A stretch of 64,000 nucleotides of DNA from Felis catus. Lineage: Eukaryota. The stretch lies in contig NC_058376.1 in the NCBI RefSeq assembly GCF_018350175.1, forward strand, positions 6,758,001 through 6,822,000, given 5' to 3'. A program made the translations under genes and the position numbers. Under the pieces are notes generated by a model that was not told where the DNA came from, ran no database searches, and saw only the letters and a list, made by a program, of their open reading frames with translations. This document shows, one piece after another, positions 59,527 through 64,000 of the stretch (position 1 is its first letter; the number at the start of each line of letters is the position of its first letter).

Positions 59527-62522
59527 CCAAAAGAAAGTAAGAAAAGAGGAAAAAAATAAGAAAGGGATGGGACAAATAGAAAAAGGTAGCAAGATGATAG
59601 ATTAAAATTCAGTCACATTGGTAATTATAACAAAAGTAATGGTCTACATTCTAACTAAAGACAGAACTTCTAAGATTAAAAAAAGGCGAAAATATATGTG
59701 ATCGACAAAAACATACTTTAAATGTGATGATAAAGATATGTAAAAGTAAAAGAATGGAAATAGATATACCATGCAAACAATAATCCAAAGAAAGCAAAGT
59801 AGCTGTGAAAGAACATGGATTTCAGAAAAAATATATAAACAGAGATAAAGAATTCACCATAAAAACATGACAATCCTAAGTGTGTACAGGTACAGTAAGT
59901 AAATAAAGCAAGAACTGACAGACCTGAAAGACTAGGCAAACTAACAATTATAATTGGAAATTTTAGCGCTCCTTCCTTAATAATTCATAGAACGAGTAAA
60001 CAGAAAATCAATAAGGATAATTTTATTCACCAGCTTGAACTAATTGACATAAATACATCTACCCAACACTGCAGAAGAGCCATTCTCTTCAAGTACGTGT
60101 AGAACATGCACAAAGACAGACCATGTGCTGAGTCACAGAATAAGCCTTTAAAAGGATTGAAATCATACAAAGTTTATGCTTTGCCTAACAAAAGAATTTA
60201 GTAAGGAGTCAACAACAGAAAAATGTCTGGAAAATCTCCAGAAATTTGAAATTAAACAACATACTTCTAAATAAACCATGGGTCAAGGAAGAAATCAAAA
60301 AGAGAATTAAGGATATTTTTAACTAAGTAAGAATAAAAACATAACAGATCAAAATGTGTGGGATACAGCTTAAAAATGATCTAAAATATCATCTTAAATT
60401 TCTAGGAAAAAAAGCAAATTAAACTCAAACATAGGTAGGAAATAAACATAAAAGTTGAAATCAGTGAAATAAAAAACAGAAAAGAATAATAGCATGCATG
60501 AAATCCACAGTTGTTTCTTTGGGAAAAGAAATCAATGAACTTGATATACCTCTAACTAGACTTATTCAGAAAAAAAAAAAAAAAAAAAAAAAAGACACAA
60601 CTTACCACACCAGGAATGAAATAGAAGCATCACTACAGATCCTACAGACCTTAAAAAGATAAGAAGGAAAAAATTACAAGCAATTTTACTCCAACTACTT
60701 TAATAAATTAAAAGAAATAGATAAATTCTTTGTCATAATGTTACTTTGGTTGTATTAAAGAATGTACTTATTCTTATGAAATACATGCAGAAATATTTAG
60801 TTTTCAAATAGCTCAGCAAAATTTTGTATATTTGAACGTTTTGTTGAACATCTGTATTTTCATAATACAAAGTTGAGAAATATAAACCAGGCACAAACTC
60901 TTATCAGTGGAGAGGCTCTCACTCCAGGCTTGTCATTTTAAACAGGCTGATGACAGGAAGGACCGTGTCATGACCTTTCACCCAGAGAGCAGTGTCACAA
61001 CCTTCCCTCTGGGTCAGGATAAGGCTTCTCAGTGGTGCTGGAGACTCCTACAAGATGGACACAGACAGGAAGGACCTAGGTCACTGGAGGCCAGGCTTGC
61101 CCTTCCATGAGTAGCGAGGGCCAACAAAAATAGTGAGTAGCTTTCTGTAGATGTGTAGCCACTAACAACAACCTGTAAATGGCCGGGCAGTCAGCATGGG
61201 CCTTGCTCTGTAAACAAAGGTCTGACCTACTTAATTCTTCCCAGAGGTCAGAAAAAGAGGCCTTGACTCCCACAGACACGAAACCGTGGCCTAATTGGAT
61301 ACTAATTACTCGTAAGAGCTTTGTTTACCCAAACTTCCCATAACCCAAGTTTGGTAGTTGAAAGGAGGCCATGCCTGAAGCAGAACCAGGGCTAGGAAAA
61401 TGGCACAGATCTACCCAGTCCTGGAAGTCCTTTTCCAGAAATGATGTCGCTGCTCGCGCAAGAAGAAACAATACTCGGTCGGTAAACCCCACATTCAGGG
61501 GCTGGGAACAGCTTTCTTATGTTCCTAAGGGCCTGTCTGTTTGGAATCAGGTAACATTGAAAGTAAGAGTCGTTGGCCATCTAAGGCCAGGTTGGATGAG
61601 ACCAGAAGTTCCCATATTTTGGAATATCTCTTTGTGATGAGAGCATCCGTGAAGGACCCAGACTGTGGTGAGTTCCCAACGTTAGGAACCTACAAGAAGA
61701 GACCTGATACCGCGAGTCTCCTCTTGGCCTCAGGTCCTGCCTGCCGCTGCACATCCAGCCGCCCTCTTCGTCTTGAGGGGACGCCTGAGAGGGAGCGATG
61801 GGTGGGATGAGACCCAAAATACCTCTGCAGGATGAATCCAGCTACTCGTTTCCTGATGACCTGTGTGTTCAACAAATGGGGCACCTCAGCGGTTCTATGC
61901 TCTCACTGCTGCAGGTGCAGTGGAGAGAAAGACAGAATACACTGCAGCTTTTATGCAGCTCACATTATGGTGCATATGGTAAAGTCAAAGTTATTTAAAT
62001 AAAGAGAAGATGTGAGGAAGACTTTGGAAAATCTGGGCTCTCATGCCAGCTTTGCAGCTGGCTGGTTGGGGCCTGAGTGAGGAGTCCCCTGACCACTCCC
62101 AGACCTCAAGGTCTCGTCCAGATTTCCAGGAGCAGCCCTTCCAGTCCGATCTTTGAATGAGGGCCGTTTTCCCCTCCATCCCTCTGCCAGCAGATGCCCA
62201 GCCTGTAACGCGTTTGGTTAACGATGGAAAGGGGTCCCTCCCAGCTTCCCCACTCTGACCATCTTTGGTCTGAAGGACTGGAAACTTTCCTCCAAACGGA
62301 GAAAAGTCCCGGTGGCATGTACATTCATTATCCACACAAGGTTACTGTTCCTTTTGGAAAATGTGTGCATTTTAACAAGTCAGGGCCATTTTTAAGGCAG
62401 CCTGTCCTGACATGATGAGTCGCCGCAAGAGGCACAGAGGGACACAGGGCTCTGGGTTTGTGTGGGACACTGTGTGCCACTCGGGTGATACGGCAGCGGA
62501 CAGGTCTCCTGGGTACCTGTGT

Positions 62523-62568
62523 CAACAGGGAGGCTCCCTGCGACAACAGGGAGGCTCCCTGCAACAAC
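62523..62568. repeat. 2x21-bp tandem repeat with palindromic core
   Basis: caacagggaggctccctgcga / caacagggaggctccctgcaa. Confidence 0.9.
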
Positions 62569-62797
62569 CATCATTTCATCCCTTAGGGGCCTCGTGGTGG
62601 AAACATCAAGGACAACGCTACAGAAATGGTCCAATATACCATGATTTCTTTAATTTCCAGAACCTGATAAATATTGTAATGCTAATGTACAAGACTGGGA
62701 TCCAGAACTCATAGACAACTTGTACAGATTGATAAGAGAATTCAAACAAACCAGTTTAACCATGGGCAAACATCCGGGTAGCTGCATTACACTAGAG

Positions 62798-63016
62798 CAG
62801 GGGTCAGGAAATGAAAGTCCCAGAGGCCAGATCTGACCCCTCAGCCTCTTTCTAAATAAAGTTTTATTGGTACACTGCCTGCTCGTTCATTCATATATTG
62901 CCTACAGCTGCTTTTCCCTACAACAGAGGGACTGGGTGGTTGGAGCGGAGACCAAACGACCTGCAAACCAAAGGTATTTACTATCAGCCCCCTACAGGAT
63001 AATACGCAGACCCCTG
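62798..63016 (+). mobile_element. MER58A (hAT-Charlie)
   Basis: caggggtc...aaataaagttttattggtacac...tatttactatc...gacccctg, both TIRs present. Confidence 0.92.
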
Positions 63017-63019
63017 TAA

Positions 63020-63780
63020 CAGAGAAAACCCAAGAGGCCAATAAGCATAGGGAAAGGTGCCCAACATTATCAGCCAACAGGAAAATGCAAATGCGACCCA
63101 CAGTGAGATACCCTTGCACACTCACCAGAATGGCTAAAATGAAAAAGACCGGCACCAAGTGTGACAATGACGGGGAACAACGGCAGGTCCCGAACATCGA
63201 TGGTTGAAGTGTAAAGTGACACAACTTTGGAAAACAGCGTGACCGTGTCTCATACAGCTGAACATACCGATGTCCACGCCAGCATCCCTGGGTGTGTACT
63301 TGGGGAAGTGAGGGCCATGGCCGCGGGGGGACATGCATCCAGTGGTCATAGCACCATTGTTTATGACAGCCCCAAACATAAAAGCACCTGAGAGGTCACC
63401 AACTGCAGAGGAAATCAACCTCATTGTGGTATAGCATGTCACGGGACAGTACACAGCAATAATAATAATTTTTAAAAAGCCAAACTATTGCCATACACAA
63501 GGACATGTCATAGACACAATGTTGAGCATGAGAAAGCAGGTCCTAGAATGCAGAGTGGATGATTCCACCTCTAACTTTTAAATTAAGTAACACGTAGTGC
63601 CAGAGGTCAGATCTGCAGTTTCCTCTAGGGGTGGGGGATTAGTTATCGAGGAGGGGCCTGCTGGGCCTGGCAGACTTGGCATCTTTCTCTGGAAGAAGCT
63701 TCCATGACTGCAGAGCTATGTAAAAGGTCACTGGATAATAGTTAAGTGACCCCGAGATTTGAGTACCCACGGTAGAAGTG
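63020..63780 (+). mobile_element. Old L1 (L1MC/ME-like) 3' region
   Basis: ggaaaatgcaaat...cagaatggctaaaatgaaaaagac...acaactttggaaaacag; a further L1 piece at ~62600-62790. Confidence 0.8.
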
Positions 63781-63877
63781 GTATTATCGATAAAAACTAG
63801 AAATACTAAAGGAAAAAATACTGGGAATCCATCTGGCCTTGAACCTTACGCCAGCAGGGGATACTGCAGAGTGAAGT

Positions 63878-64000
63878 TTTTTTAATTTTTTTAATTTTTA
63901 TTTTTTTAATTCCAGTTAGTTAACATAGAGTGCTGTTAGTTTCAGGTGTACAATATAGTGATTCAACACTTCCATACATCACCCTGTGTTCATCACAAGT
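63878..64000 (-). mobile_element. L1_Carn-like 3' end, continues past window
   Basis: Poly(T) then attccagttagttaacatagagtgctgttagtttcaggtgtacaatatagtgattcaacacttccatac. Confidence 0.9.

Larger units (their letters stand above)
57205..60880 (+). mobile_element. Old L1 (L1MC/MD-like) 5' end, ORF1/ORF2 remnants and 3' fragment
   Basis: ggacttctacctctgaccatgaagg 5' end; A-rich ORF1/ORF2 remnants (gcagacttcttgtcagaaactatgcagg; aataaaccatgggtcaaggaagaaatc); no intact ORF. Confidence 0.85.

Noticed and set aside
62523-62568. Palindromic direct repeats resembling a CRISPR repeat
   Set aside because: Only two adjacent units, no spacers, no cas genes, mammalian DNA

Overview
This is mammalian euchromatic DNA from a cat-family (felid) genome, not a microbial sequence. 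The basis is about 29 tRNA-derived Can-SINEs of the feliform SINEC_Fc type (several young, with perfect target-site duplications) and a felid L1_Fc 3' end. The rest is older eutherian repeats (L1MA-L1ME, L2, MIR, MLT1 and MLT2 LTRs, a MER34-like solo LTR, MER20, MER58A, an internally deleted Tigger1), unique non-coding DNA and four N-runs. I could not identify any protein-coding gene. The supplied ORFs are mostly chance ORFs, SINE/L1/L2 translations or run through Ns; the only recognisable protein remnant is the Tigger1 transposase C-terminus. The main unique feature is a CpG island at ~37.05-38.65 kb. It has promoter-like elements and canonical splice sites that support a tentative 3-exon minus-strand transcript with a poly(A) signal, probably non-coding, gene unidentified. 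The left ~47 kb is GC/CpG-rich with candidate enhancers; ~48-61 kb is AT-rich and L1-dominated. I found no convincing new biological system. The best leads are the CpG-island transcript model, an RFX/FOX/homeobox motif cluster, an orphan poly(A) insertion and an unexplained ancient CpG-decayed repeat pair. Repeat family names come from recall of consensus sequences, and boundaries of old repeats are approximate; both need RepeatMasker/Dfam confirmation.
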